A stretch of 64,000 nt of DNA from Lama glama (Eukaryota). The position numbers and the translations under genes were made by a program. This document shows, one piece after another, positions 35,770-49,340 of the stretch. The stretch covers positions 54,436,001-54,500,000 of the forward strand of contig CM052820.1 in NCBI GenBank assembly GCA_028534125.1. The letters are read 5' to 3'. Position 1 is the stretch's first letter. Every line of letters begins with the position of its first letter. The notes beneath the pieces are model-generated. The model worked only from the letters and a program-made list of their open reading frames with translations. It ran no database searches and was not told the DNA's origin.

Positions 35770-36490
35770 AAATGATATTCAAATGATTAAAATATATAAA
35801 AAGTGTTCAAACTCACTAATAATCAAGTAAATAAAAAATCAAAACAATAACAAAATACAGTCTTCTCCCATTTAATTTGGAAATAATACAAAATTATAAC
35901 TACCTTAAATTGTGGTAATAATAAAAAGAGATGTGTACTTTTCCTTACTACTGATGGGTATATAAATGATTACAACACTTTCAGGAAGCAATTTCTCAAT
36001 GTAAACCAAGAACCTTAGAAAATCTTCATCTTTTTTGAATAAAAATAATTCTGAATCTAGGAATTGACCTTAAGGATATAGTAATCAGAAATTTAAAAAA
36101 ACTGCTTATGTCCAAACATGTTCATTAAGTTATGTATAATAATGACAAATTGAAGACCACCTAAATTCTTGACACTGTAGAAGTGGCTGAGCTAAAACAG
36201 GGCTTTATCTATATGAAAGGAGATTTCTGTAGCCAATAAAATTAATAATATTTTGCAGCTGTTTTAGCAGTACTAGAAGATGCCTGATATAGTATTCAAT
36301 AAAAAAAAGTAGCATATTAGGAAAAAATGTTCAATAACATGTAGCAACTATAAATAATACATGAAAGAAATATTGGGAAAATGTATAATACTAATATTGA
36401 TCATCTGGAGTATAGGATTATTGTTTTTTTAAAAAAAATCAATTTCCTTACCCTGTTTTGAATTTTTCAACTTTTATACAATGAACATCA
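35770..36490 (+). mobile_element. Old L1 (L1M-type) ORF2-end/3' UTR remnant
   Basis: aaaagtgttcaaactcactaataatcaagtaaataaaaaatcaaaacaataac...ctgatgggtatataaatgattacaacactttc resembles the L1 ORF2 C-terminal coding sequence. Confidence 0.7.
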
Positions 36491-39400
36491 CAAAAATTCT
36501 GTAAATTCTTCATCTTGTACTTTAAGAACACTTCTATAGCTTTCTGAACATAAGACCGTAAAACTGTTTAATGCATTCATGAAGTGGCATTACTATAAAT
36601 GAGTCATCATATACACTAGCACTTACGACTATATGTTTCACATTTTGAAAATTCCATTAAACATAAGCACAAGTACATATACACAGAATTCCATGTAGTA
36701 TCTTTAAGCGCATAAACTACTCCATAATGGTTATGTGCCATTCCATGCCTGTCCCATCACAGCCAGTTGTGAGTACTAATTCAGAGCCAATGAGAATGAG
36801 CCTGGAAATATATTAATAGCTTCATCTCCATTAGCCTGCCAGGTATACAATTAGTCTGTTCTTCCTCGCCGGGCATAGTCACATCCACTGGATAGCAGCA
36901 TTTCTGCCAAACCTCTATATAAAGACCCAGACAGCCTCACTCTTGGTTCTGAATTTGCATTCCACTTAGAACAGCAGCTTTCCTATCCACAGCTCTCATC
37001 TCATTTAGCTCTTTCCTCCTACTTGGGACTTAGTTTTATTCCTTTAAGTCCAAGCTATTTTATGAGTTCCTGCTATATAGCCTTGTTGAATCAACCTAGA
37101 ATCGTAGCTCTGTGGCCTGCCTAGTTCCTTGATTCCACACAATATTTTCTGCCACATTTCTTTTCACCATGTCAGATATTTAGCTAAAAACAAGAAACAA
37201 AAAGTTGTTTCAGAACAGTATGCCATGATATCTATGCTACTGTGAATAGGACTGCTGATTGTCTTACACAGGGGTCAACCCTACTGCCCAGTCACTGCCC
37301 TCTGTCCCAATCCATCAGCCATAAACCAAATCTCTGTGTGCTCTGCTCCAGTACTGGTAAAAACCAAAAGAATTTTCAGGTGATGAGTCAACTAGTGCTT
37401 AATTCTCTAGTTATTTAAAAAATGATAAAAATGTAGCAGAATTAGCATGATGGAATGGGTGGGAAAATATCCAGAGTCTAAGTTTTGCTAGAATTCAAAT
37501 ATACATGTACTTACATATACAAATAACATAGATGGATATTTTTATAGTCATATGCCCATTTATGATAAGAATCTGGTTGATCTTCTAATTTGGTCATACA
37601 TGATAATACTAATCACTGGTAATCACTGGTCCTGTCTTGTACATCAATGCTGTTAGTTATGAGAACTAAATGAGAGAGACAGATTTGAATAAGGCAAAGA
37701 CATGAACATTACTGGGAAAACATCTCAAGACACATGTCGTATCGTTGGAATTAGAACGGTTTTCCTCACACACAGATTTCTAAACACACACAGATCATCT
37801 TCCTATGTTATTCACTCTTCAAAGAGTTCTTCACATATACAGTCATAATCTTTGCACCCAATTATACAGGCATGCATTCATATTTATTCATTCCCTGAAT
37901 AAACATATACTAAGCACCTATAACCCAGGCAATTTCTCAGTGGTTTCTGCATAGTCAATCTGCTTACATATGAGTTCACCACTGGCCACAACTAATAAGA
38001 ACAAGGAAGTTCACTTGAGCCAATGGAAGACATTGTTTCTCTCAATGTTCATAGGAATGCTCTTAAAAGACTGTCACGTGTTTACATAGATTCAGGAAAC
38101 TGGGTTACAACAAAAACCAGGTTTCTTGACCCTTTAGTCTGCTACTCCTAAGCTGCCTTTGAATAAATTTGAGAGCAGAAGCTGGAGGGAGCTAAAGGGA
38201 TTTGTATAATAAAAGGATGTCGCTTGCTGGGCTCAGGGGAGCAATTTGGAGGGAAAAGTAATGGGTACGCAGTGAGGAAGAGCAGAGCCAGGGAGGGGCG
38301 CAAGGCTGCGCATTTTGTCATGCAGTGATAACCTATGAGTCTGAAACAGATTTTCAATTCTACAGAGTCCTGCAATTCTCATCTGCAATGCTGGAGAGCT
38401 GCACTGGACCGTGGCCACCTCATCTAGATAACTACTGTCATGTCATACAAGATCTAGACCAGTCTAGACTCATCGTGCCATTAGGTGAGATACTGTGTGT
38501 AGATAAGACAATACTGTCTCATATGTATATGATATAATAAATAAGGTTAGGGATCTAAAATGGGCACTTGTCCTGTGTGTACCAGCATTCTAGGATGCCA
38601 AGTTTCTACCTGTACGAATTACTCCTTAGCTCTTTCTCACTTGCTCTCTTCCTTTCTGTCTTACCAAACGCCAGCCTCCTTATTCAAGCAGCTGATTATC
38701 CCAGAGAGTAGTTTCAGATGTGCCTCTGAGAATAAGGGTAGAGGTTTCTGAAGACTTTGGAATTTAAAGTTGCCATTTAAAATGACTTCTTTTCCTAAAG
38801 GAAAACAGAGGCAGGCTTTTGTCAACCAAGAGCAATCAAACTGTCCCCGGTGGTTCTGGGGTACATTTTTGATATATATGTAGAGAAAAGAGTAAGAGTT
38901 TCTCTAGATTCCGCCCACTCACCTCCCCTGTGATCACAGTCAGCTTTTCAAACAGAAAGGAGGAGGATGACTTCACAGGCGCCCCAGCGGACAGGGCTGG
39001 CTGCACTGCTTTGGCAGCTCTCCCAGCATCAGATCCGCTGCCGTGGGCTCCTCAGTGTGGACAGGGATTCACAGGGGAGAGCCACCAGCTCCCTCAGTGG
39101 AGAACACCAGATGGGAGCTCCAGGAGGTTCCTCCCAGAGCTCCAGCCTCAGCGCTGAGATGGCCCCGCTCGGATGGCACTGGCTGAACTGGTGATGGGCC
39201 TGGGACGCACCGGGGACTGTGAGCACACTGGGGGCTCCAAGATCAACACCCCACAATGCCTTCCTGGACAAGGTGACCATGTAGTAAGGAATACACCTGA
39301 AATAGCAAGGCAGCCTCACTGGCGCTAGGATGGCCTTCCTCTACAGGTTGTCTTAGTGTATTTTCCAGACACTAGAGTGCAAGTATTGTCACCTAACAGG

Positions 39401-41524
39401 TGAGTTTCTTCATGATGTGGAGAAAAAGGAGCAAGCTTCACTGGTCCTTACCTTCTCAGTCCCTAACACAGGCCTCGTACTTCCTAACACTTCCTCCCTG
39501 TATGGAAGAGCCACCCATCCATCATTCTCCATTTCCTTTCCGTCCTTTATTTTTTGTCAGAGTCCATATCAGTGCCTGATGTCAAGCATTCGTATGTTCG
39601 TTAGCATTATGACCATCAGAATATAAACTTTTTCAGAACAGGGCCCTGATCAGTCTTTTCCACCACTGTATCTTCAATGCCCGGAACACTGCAGAATAGG
39701 TGTTCAATACATATCTCATAAGTAATATTTTAAAACAAATAAAGACTTGTAGAATGAGTGAATTGCTTTACTACTGTAACAGATGTAGGGGATGCTATGA
39801 AAACTCCAAGGAGAAATTAATCTTGGCTGAAGGATCAGGAAAGGTTGCAGGGAACCTGAAAGTGTGGGTAGGATTTTAATGGTTCTGAAAAGAACCCCAA
39901 GGTGGCCAGGGCAGAACACATTCGGAGCCACAAAGAGTGGGTGGTTGCAGACGAAGTTCTGTTTATACTTTGGTTATCCGTTAATTTAACAGATATTCAT
40001 TGAGCACCTACTAAGTGCCAGGCACTATTCTCATCACTGAGGAAATGAACAGAGGAATTAGACACAAGGCCTTGTATCCAACATGTAACAGGAGAACAGA
40101 CCAGCTTGGTCTTAAACTCTAATCTTGTGATCAGGAGACTGGATTTTATTCTGTTCTCAGTGGGGAGTCTTGGAAAGCCTGTGAGCTGAGGGGACTGAAG
40201 TTATTATGTGGAAAACAGAGAAAGGCATTAGACTGTTGAAAAAAGCAAGACTAAAGAAGCTGCAATTCTCAGAAGAGATTTTTGTCTTTTAGTAATTAAA
40301 AAGTAGGTATTTCCTGGGCAGGTTCATAAGAAATCCTAGAAAAATAACAAGACCGAAATATTATCGAGGCCAGAATCTAAGGCTTCATGACAGACCATTA
40401 CATTCTTTCTTAAAGATAGAAATTCAAAACCTGCTGACTCTGGGAGGTTAATGATCTCTATTTCAACATAGTTAAAGGTGATTTAAGTGATAGAAAGAAA
40501 CAATAAGAGACAGTCCTGGCTGCCTTCCTTTGAACAACATTATTGCATTATCAGTCCTCTGGAGTAGGGCATCCCCAGGTTTAAATCACTTGAAATGGAA
40601 TTATCAGGTAATAACAGAGATAAAGGCTTTTAGAGACATGAAACAAGCTTAACCACACAGTCAGCGTCTGGTTCACTTGGGTGGTCCTTTTGCTACGTTT
40701 AAGGTGACAGGAACATTTACATTAAGTGTGACATGAAATAATGGTCAAATATTATTACAGAATGTATCAAAAAAAAAAGGGAAGGAAAATAACATTTCTC
40801 ATATGTCTACCACAGTGCTAAGGGTTTTTCAGGTTTTCTCTCATTAATTCTTGGCACAGCCCTACACATAAGATAAAGGGCGTCTACCCTGCAGATAGGC
40901 AATGGAAACTGACAGCTGCTAAGTCACTTAGTCCACGTTGTTCAACTAGACTGGGGAGTGCAAACTTGGCTAAAAATAGCAGCAAAATTAAAATGTGGGT
41001 GAGTCACGGAGTATGCCACAATTATATTTATTCGAACTATCCCATGAAGAGATACTCATTTAATACAAGTTTTTTTTTAAATGAATCACAATGAAGTATT
41101 CTGCTGGAGAATTTATTAAAACATAAATGGTTTAGAATTGTTGACTTCTAGAGTTAGATTTTAAAAATATAAATGCAAGATTTTGAAGTCCCATTGCAGG
41201 GAGACTGTTGAAAAAAGAGAAAACATTTGGTTTTTCTTATTTCACTTTTTTTTCTCAGCAGGATGATGGGCTTGTAGTGTTGATAAGAAAATAAAAAAGA
41301 ACATTTTCTCACTAAATTCTGAATTAGCTAGGCAGTATTCTAAACACTCATACAATGCTTAATGGTTTTCTACTATTGTGGGGATGGTCATATATCATTA
41401 TCCTTTCTAGGCTTGGCCTCACAGCACAAAAATTGTGAAAATACTCCAAGCACGTCTTGAGTCAAATGCTTTAAATGCCAATGGTATTTGAACCCACCCC
41501 TTTGAAATAAGTTCATACACATTT

Positions 41525-41750
41525 TCTTGCAAACCTTTTCTGTCTAGGGCCACATAATAAACACTTTGGTTTTGCAGGCCATTCTATATTCTGCAACTCT
41601 TCAACTCCGCCATCAGAGGACAAAGGCGGTCGCAGACAATGTGCAGTATGGAAATGGACGAGGATTGGCTGTGTTCTAGTAAAACTTTACTTATAAAAGC
41701 TGATGACAGGAGAGGTTTGTCTTGCAATGACTGTAGTTTGTTGAACTCTG
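41525..41750. mobile_element. Second, more diverged MER58A-like element
   Basis: gcaaaccttttctgtctagggccacataataaacactttggttttgcaggcc...ggctgtgttctagtaaaactttactt...gtagtttgttgaactctg. Confidence 0.75.
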
Positions 41751-44700
41751 ATTTACAAAATAGGTTATTGCTATATAAATATCATTGAAACACAAGACAC
41801 ATTCTGATTGCCTAATTACTGATTTGTGTGACTTATCTGTTTCCACTTCTGCTTCTTCTGCTGGATTGAGGTCTTTTGGGGCATGGAGTGCATGTATAGC
41901 TTTTCCTTAATATTCCTACTACATTAAGGACAGGACAGCTGGGTAGTTGCCAAGGGTTCCTATCCATAACAGGGTATTAGAATATCACTGGAGTAAATAA
42001 AATACAAGTGCCAGTAAAGCCAGATTTCCAAAGGAGACTGGTAACTTGGAAATGGTCTTGTTACCAACAAAGTAGACAGCTCTCATGAGTGAGAATATAC
42101 CAAAGCCTTCACTGTCACCACTCATTTTTGCTGAGGATATGTGCAGCAGGAACACTAAGGTGATCTTTGCAGGGACAGGGAGAGCAACTTTCCTGCACGT
42201 GCGCTGCCCCCAGCCCCTCGTCAGTGGCCTAAAGTAGCAGTCACTGGGAGCTGAAATTCTGAAAGTGCCTGATGCCTGCCTGGCATACCTGCTGTTTACC
42301 AGGAACATGTGATTTATTTTATCATTTAAATTTAAAACCCTCTTACATGCCTCCTCAGAAGTTATCTGGTTCAGCAAGTTTCAACAGCAAGGCAACTATG
42401 TTTAAGTTATAATGTTACATAATGTTTAGTGCAGGTAATAAATCTCTCATTTTGAACATAATAAAAAAGGTCTACAAATAATTGAAAACCCTGGCCCTAG
42501 TAAGAGAATGCTGAACAAACGATTAGCCTCCCTGGGGCATCTGCATGTCCCCGGATGTCCCCGGGTAGGCTTTTAATAAATGTTTGTTGAATGAATGAGG
42601 GCAACATGCCTTTGCTCCTCCAGCTTTGAAGAACTGAAGAGCTGACTTTGAACATGTTGAATATTAGCAATTTTATGAAATGAGAAATAAAGGAATTCCT
42701 GATAAAATGCCCACTAGAGAATAGCTAACCAAGGTCAATGTCTCCTAAAATGGTGCTCAAATTCACAATGAGGGAGAGAGAGATCCATGTACGGGGAAGT
42801 ATAAAGTGTCTACTTTGTCTTTCATCTGATATCTGGGAGAGAAAGAGATGCAGTGTGAGAGCAGTTTTGGAGAGGATCCTGGGGACCCAGGCTGGAGAAG
42901 TTGTAGGTGTCCAGCTGAAGGGACAAAGCCCCACAGCAGGCTCTTGTGGGTGCCCAAATGTGCCCATTGTTCACCACAGTTAATGCACCAGGGAGGCCGC
43001 AGGCTAAAAAACAGGAGATAATATGGTAGATTTCAAAGTGATTGAGGAGAAGGCATAACAAATGGGTAAAGCAAGAAAGGCAACAAAGCAAGGTGAATAA
43101 ACAGTGGAGGAAAGGGAGTCAGATTTAGGGACAGAAGAAGTAAAAATTGCAATTCTAAATACTGTCTTAGTAGAAAACAAGAAGACCAATCCAAAATACG
43201 TATGCATGATTAAGATTAATACACTGTTCCCTAAGAAAACTAGATTTTAATTTTTCAGGCAGAAAAGGAGACCAAAAGGAGCTTTTTCACTTCCTCAAAA
43301 ATCTAAGAACAGGCACCCTCGGATGGTGCACCGTGGTCTTACTTCAGCCTACATACAGACACGATGGTTAAGCTTTTGTATAGTCTGTTGAGATTCTTTG
43401 AAAGAAAGATTGTTTTAAACAATCAAGCCCATCTGACTACAAAAGAAAAGGCTGCAACCTTTCTTTTAAGTGGTTTAGAACCAAACCATAGGAAATCAGC
43501 TTGGCGTCTTCTAGATCTGAGAGAAGAAAGTGTGCTGAATGCAGCAGGCAGGACATCCGGGATTAAGAGGGACTCAATGAAAAGCAGAGTGCAATCTGAA
43601 GATAAATAAAGGTGAAAACTTTTAAAGGGAAGAAAGAGAGGGTGATCGCATAGGATTAACACTCAGCTGCTGCTTCAGGTTTTCACAAACATCATTAAGT
43701 TGATGGTTCTGGAGTTCAATGTGTACTAATTCCATTTCTGAATCAAGCATGTCTAGAGATATCTTCATTTCTCACTGAGTAGACTCTATTATGGGAGAGG
43801 ATTACACTCTGTCTCCAACTCTGCCCTCTCTCCTAACTTGACAAGAAACCAAACCACCTTATGATGCTTCACTACTTCATACAGATAGAGAGATCATAAG
43901 CACATTCCTGAATGTACAGCATTTTGGGGAAAAATCATGGGACCTCTACCTGTGAGAATGAGGTGAGAATGAGACGCATGAACCAGGGAATGAGAAAGCA
44001 TGGCTCCTCCGAATTAAAAGGATGTGGGAGAATTCCAGGGCCACAGAACCTGCTGCTGTTGCATATTACTGAGTAAGTCAGGAGGGGGCAAATAGTGAGT
44101 GCACACAGTAGTCCTCTCTCTGTCCCTGGGACGAGGAAGGAGGGAGGACCGTCAGAAGAACCACTTGGCAAGCACCTGAAGAAGCAGATGAAGCCTCCTG
44201 AGCAGAGTCACACGTGATCTACAAAGTGTTCTCAACTCTTAACGTGTATTAAGCTCTGATGTGTATTCATAAAGTGAACAGGCTGAGGCTGAATTCTCTT
44301 CAAGAATTCCACAATGGCTCCAAAAGAGTGTTTTGTTTGTTTGTTTGGGCAAGCATTGTGAGGCATGAAAAGCATCAGGACAATGTGCTGGGCCAAGTAT
44401 TGAAGGGCACTAGAGAGGTAAGGGTCTACAGAAGAAAGGGTCCAAGTGGCAGCTCTCTGCTTGCCGGCTGTATGCTGGGAAGCAAGTTGCAAAACCTCTC
44501 TGGTCCTAGTTTTTCATCTACGAAAAAATGAGAGTCATGCCCTGACCATGTCTCTGGGTGCTGAGGATCAAATAAAGGAATTTGTTCCGTCAAATTTACT
44601 ACTGGGTGGGGCAGTATTTGTGAAAAGTAAGGTGTAGGTTGTGCGGCAAGTGGAAGAAAGAGTTATTTACTGGACAGTCTTCTTTTAGGTAGAAAGTGGC

Positions 44701-45326
44701 TATAACTAATAGAGAAAAGTGCCAAAAACATGGTTTGCATGTGGTTCAAGATATTGGTATGATCTGAAGGAAGAAGATGGGTTTCAAAAAGGAGAGAATA
44801 TCAGTGTGTTCTTCTAAAGGAGGGAGAAAGGGCTACTTCTAGCAGATTGCCACACATCATTTCTCCGTAAAGGTAGGCTATGCCTACTTTAAGGGTCCAG
44901 AATGAAAGAGAAGAGAACTCAGGGAAGCTACCTGTGGCCATCACAGACAGAGCAACGAGTGCAAAATGGCTTGCAGGGGAAATGGTAGAGGATTTCAGGT
45001 GATGGAAAGAAAAACAAACCAGCCCAGCACAGATGATATAGAAATCAAGAAAATGGAAGAAAAATGATCACACCTGCTAAAGAGAAGAGATGGGTGGGCT
45101 TGTGTCAGAGGGAGAGGTCTTCTCAGGTAAGAAGGAGAAGGAAAATGTCGGGGTGGAATATCCAGCCAGTCAAGTGTCTCCCAAGGTCTCAGCATTGTCA
45201 ACTACTAGGTGAGAAGAAGAGTCTTTAAGAGACTATCTGAGATAACCAGCAGGGATTAAAAGAGAAAAACCAGGAGGTGAGGAGGTTCAAAGGATGACGT
45301 GAAGAACCACTTCTCTAAAGTGCATG

Positions 45327-46003
45327 GCGGGTGCAGCCACTATGGAAAACAATATGGAGATCCTTAAAAACTACAAATAGAGTTACTATAAGATCCAGCA
45401 ATCCCACTCCTTGGCATGTATCTGGAGAAAACTTTAATTCAAAAAGATAATGCACCCCAGTGTTTGCAGCAGCACTATTTACAATAGCCAAGACATGGAA
45501 GCAACCTAAATGTCCATCGACAGATGACTGAATAAAGAAGTTGCGGTATAGATATATGGTGGGATACTACTCAGCCACAAAAAATGAAATAATACCATTT
45601 GTAGCAACATGGATTGACCTAGAGATTATCATACTAAGTAAATCAAAGACAAAGATCATATATTGTCACTTATATGTGGAATCTAAAAAATTATACAAAT
45701 GAACTTACTTACAAAAGAGAAACAGACTCATAGACATAGAAAACAAATTTATGGTTACCAAAGGGGAAAGTGGGAGAGGGATAAATTGGGGGCTTGGGAT
45801 TAGCATATACAAACTACTATATATAAAACAGATAAACAACAAGGTCTTACTGCATAGCACAAGGAACTATAGTCAATATCTTGTAGTAACTTACAGTGAA
45901 AAAGAATATGAAAAAGAAAATATATGTTATAACTGAATCACTGTGCTGTACACCAAGAACTAACACATTATAAATCAGCTACACTTCAATTTAAAAAAAA
46001 AAG
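45327..46003 (+). mobile_element. 5'-truncated cetartiodactyl-type L1 (ORF2 end, 3' UTR, poly A) with TSD
   Basis: ggtgcagccactatggaaaac...gcactatttacaatagccaagacatggaagcaacctaaatgtccatc...aacaaggtcttactgcatagcacaaggaactatagtcaatatc...(A)n. TSD taaagtgcatg (45316-45326) / taaaatgcatg (46004-46014). Confidence 0.9.
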
Positions 46004-46619
46004 TAAAATGCATGAAAGCATAAAGCCAAATAAGCAACATGTATCACACCAGAAACAAGGAGACCAGAGACGCATACTACATGATGGTGAAGAAAATGCT
46101 ACTGGAGAAAGAAAAAAAATCTGCTCATTGTGTTCATGGGTAAATGGGTTGTGATGGAAGGTATGGAAAACTAGAGGCAGGAGTGGGGATTTTCTCTGGT
46201 TTGGAGACAAACAGAAGTAACTTTATCCTATGTTCAAAAGCCTGGCAGAATCAAGAGCTTTCACTCAGGGGAGAGACTGGTCCATGCTGGGGTGAAGCCA
46301 CTTGGCCCCTGGGTGCAATGAGGAGAGAGCAAGGCAGTGAAAGGTGGCAGAATGGGAGGAGGCAGCAGCAGGCGGTCCGGGCTGACCTGTTTGGAGGGTC
46401 ATGAAGAAAATGCACATCATAGTGGTGGAGCAAAATAGGAAGTTTTTAGATGTGTTCAGCTCTCAGACATGCTTAGGACAAGGAAACACTAAGTGTTGGC
46501 AATATATGAAAACTTTGAAGGGAAAAAGAAGACATTTATGTACCTGAAATATACCAATCCATATACACTTGTAAGATAACCATTACAAGCTTTTGAGTTA
46601 GTTATTACTAAATCTAGCC

Positions 46620-46945
46620 TTTGGCCCTTGCAATTTCCTTTTGCCTGGAATATTCTTATCCCAGATTTCCATGTTGCTCCCTCTTCTACTTTGGGTCTCT
46701 GCTTACGTTCACATTTTTGTAAAGGTCTTTTCTTCCCCTCTTTCACACTCTCCTTCCCCGTTTTATTTTTCTTTAGCGTGCTTACAACCACATGATATAT
46801 ATATATTCATTATCTGTCTTCCCACTAAAATGTTGGTTCCTTGAGTTCAGGGTAATGTCTATCTTACTCATGGCTGTGCCCTCAGTGCCTAGAATTGTGG
46901 CCAGCACATAGGAGATGCTCGGTAAATTATTTATTGAAAGAAAGA
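46620..46945 (+). mobile_element. L2 3' end
   Basis: ttttgcctggaatattctt...ccctcagtgcctagaattgtggccagcacataggagatgctcggtaaattatttattgaa. Confidence 0.8.
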
Positions 46946-46954
46946 ACGGATAAT

Positions 46955-47320
46955 TGGCTCCATGTTACAGGTGAGAAAATGAACTCAGAAGTTTATTGAC
47001 TTGGCTAGAACACAGACCAAATGATGGAGTCAGGATTTGAAACTGGATCTTTTGGACTGTCATGCTGTTTCAATTACTTTGCATGACTTTAAAAACATAA
47101 CGTGACAAATACGACTGAAGGGCAGTGTGACAGAGTGTTGGCTTCAGAGTGGGACTGGAATTTCAATCCTGGCTCAGCCACTATTTCGTTTCCCACTGTT
47201 CTGAGGCTTTGTAACCTCCCTATGCTTGTTTCCTCTTTGTAAAATGAGAATATCTATCTCACTGGGTTATGGAGATTAACAAGTATAACATCTGGCACCT
47301 AAGCAATTCCTAGTGAGTGG
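46955..47320. mobile_element. Two MIR fragments in opposite orientations
   Basis: ttacaggtgagaaaatgaactcagaagtttattgacttgg, and tttcaatcctggctcagccact...gtttcctctttgtaaaatgagaata. Confidence 0.7.
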
Positions 47321-47629
47321 TGGGTGAGACTACTGGAGTGGACAGAATAAATAAAGGAATGAGGTGTTAGGAAGGAGGAGGAAATAGGGAGAGGCTGAGG
47401 AAGGAAAGGTGAGAACCTCAGTGTATTTGGCTTTCCTTGAGGTCTGTAGGATGGAAAGAAGGCTACTTAGTTAAGAAGAGGAAACCAGGCAGCTTTTGTG
47501 AAGAGGGGAGGACCTCTAAGGGGAAATTTATGAGGTACCAGTTTAACAATGGATGAGAGCAGCTGGCCAGCCAGGAACTCCGTAGGAACCACGATGCCTC
47601 AGAATGGATGAACCTTTACAAAGCTGCAC

Positions 47630-47733
47630 AGGATGAATGAGCCTAGAGAGCTACGTACAGCATGATGACTTTAGTTAATAATACTGTTTTGCAGACCAAA
47701 ATTTATTAAGAGAGTAGATTTCAGGGGCTTTAA

Positions 47734-47775
<42 letters not shown>

Positions 47776-47900
47776 AGTTGGTAACTATGTGAGAAGATGG
47801 ATGTATTAATTAGATTTACAGTGATCATTTCACTATATATGTGTATTAAAACATGTTGTATATCTTATATATACACATTTTTTAATTTAAAAATTTAAAA
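47630..47900 (+). mobile_element. L1MA-type 3' end containing a (CA)19 microsatellite (47735-47772)
   Basis: tacagcatgatgactttagttaataatactg...aagagagtagatttcagg...ccac(ac)n...ggtaactatgtgagaagatggatgtattaattag. Confidence 0.8.
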
Positions 47901-48989
47901 ATAAGAAAAGCAAAAATGAAAGATGTATCTTGACCCTTCATGATAAAATGAAGAAAATCAAAGTAAAATTTTAAAAATACATCCTACCTTGAATATGGTA
48001 TATTTTAAAATGTCTTTATTTTATGTGAATTTCAACTCAATGAAAAAAGAATACAAGGAGAAAAAAATCGAGCAAATCCACAGAAAATTTGTAGACATTT
48101 AAGTCCCTGAAAGAGAGGAAATGGTCGGCTTACATCAAAGGAAAAAAAAAAAAAAAAGGCTGTCTTTGGCGGATGTTTCAGGAAGAAGAAAGGACGGCGG
48201 GACGGAAGCCCTCTGTGTGATGCTGCCGAGCAGGCACCGGGGCCTTTGTTCGCTCCCTTCGGAGGCTCATGGAACCAGGATCGGGTGTCTATATTCCAAA
48301 TCCCAGCCTGGCCCTGTGATTTGATAATGATTATTTTACCTTTAGCTTCTGAATATATATGGAAGAGCTCAAGATAAATAAAATAGTTAATAAAACTTCT
48401 TTATTAAAAAGCCAAAGTTACATAAAATGACTGTTTTCTTTTTCCCCCCTAAATTCCTAGATGGCTTTCCTGAATCACCTTTAGGGCACAGGATGAAAGA
48501 ATAAACAAGGTAACTGAGCTGGTGTCACGGCACAGGGTTAGCTGGGACTCTTGTTACTATTTGTCGGGGTTGGGGGCGGGGGGCAAGAAGCTCCAGAGAA
48601 GAATGCAAAAATGAGCCCAACAAGGAGACCACGGCTTCTGTGGAGAGGAGACAGGCAGTCACTTCACCTGAGATTGCTCTAATGTGGAAGGGGAGAGGGA
48701 GAAAGGCCAGACCACAGCCACCTGTAAGAGGACTCTGAGGCTCCACAGTGGAACTCGGAAGAGGGGAGGGAGACCACCAGTGACCGCACAGCATCTCAGT
48801 ATCTGCCTGCTGAAGACTGCTGCACAGGGGCGTCAACAAAACAGTAAGCGCAGATGTACAAAAGCCTGATCATGTCAAAAGGCGTCGGCATGGACACTCT
48901 TCAGAGGGGTGGAGGACAAGTGGATTTAAAGACCAGGGTCTGGGTGGGAGGAGAAGAAAGTGTGATACAGGAGTGTAGATTAGCATAGA

Positions 48990-49340
48990 GACTGGTAGTT
49001 CTTTCATCAATATCTTGACTTCTCTGCTGATATAACTGTAAGCAGTCACCCAGCCTCCCCAGCAGTCACCTGGGTCATGAAGTGACTAGCTTCTGACCAA
49101 CGGGTATGAGTAAAAATCCCACGTGCGATTTCTGGGTCTTGCTTTTAAAAGAGCTATCTTTCCGCCCTCCATTCTTCCCTTACCCCTTACCCACTAGAGA
49201 GAATGTGAACACCGCGGCAGGAGACCAAATAGTCAACCCGGAAATTGTACATAACCTGAGTTCCCACAACCAGGGAGCTGTCATATCAGCAGTGAGTGAC
49301 CTATATTTTAGGGAGAAACAAATTCTACTTTCTTTAAACT
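48990..49340 (+). mobile_element. MLT1-type (MaLR) LTR remnant
   Basis: gtgactagcttctgaccaacgggtatgagtaaaaatcccacgtgcgatttctggg...gagaaacaaattctactttctttaaac. Confidence 0.55.

Noticed and set aside
47988-48106. 119-nt minus-strand pseudo-exon (ctctttcag|...AAG|gtagga)
   Set aside because: AT-rich, not frame-preserving, adjacent to an L1 remnant, and has no further support.
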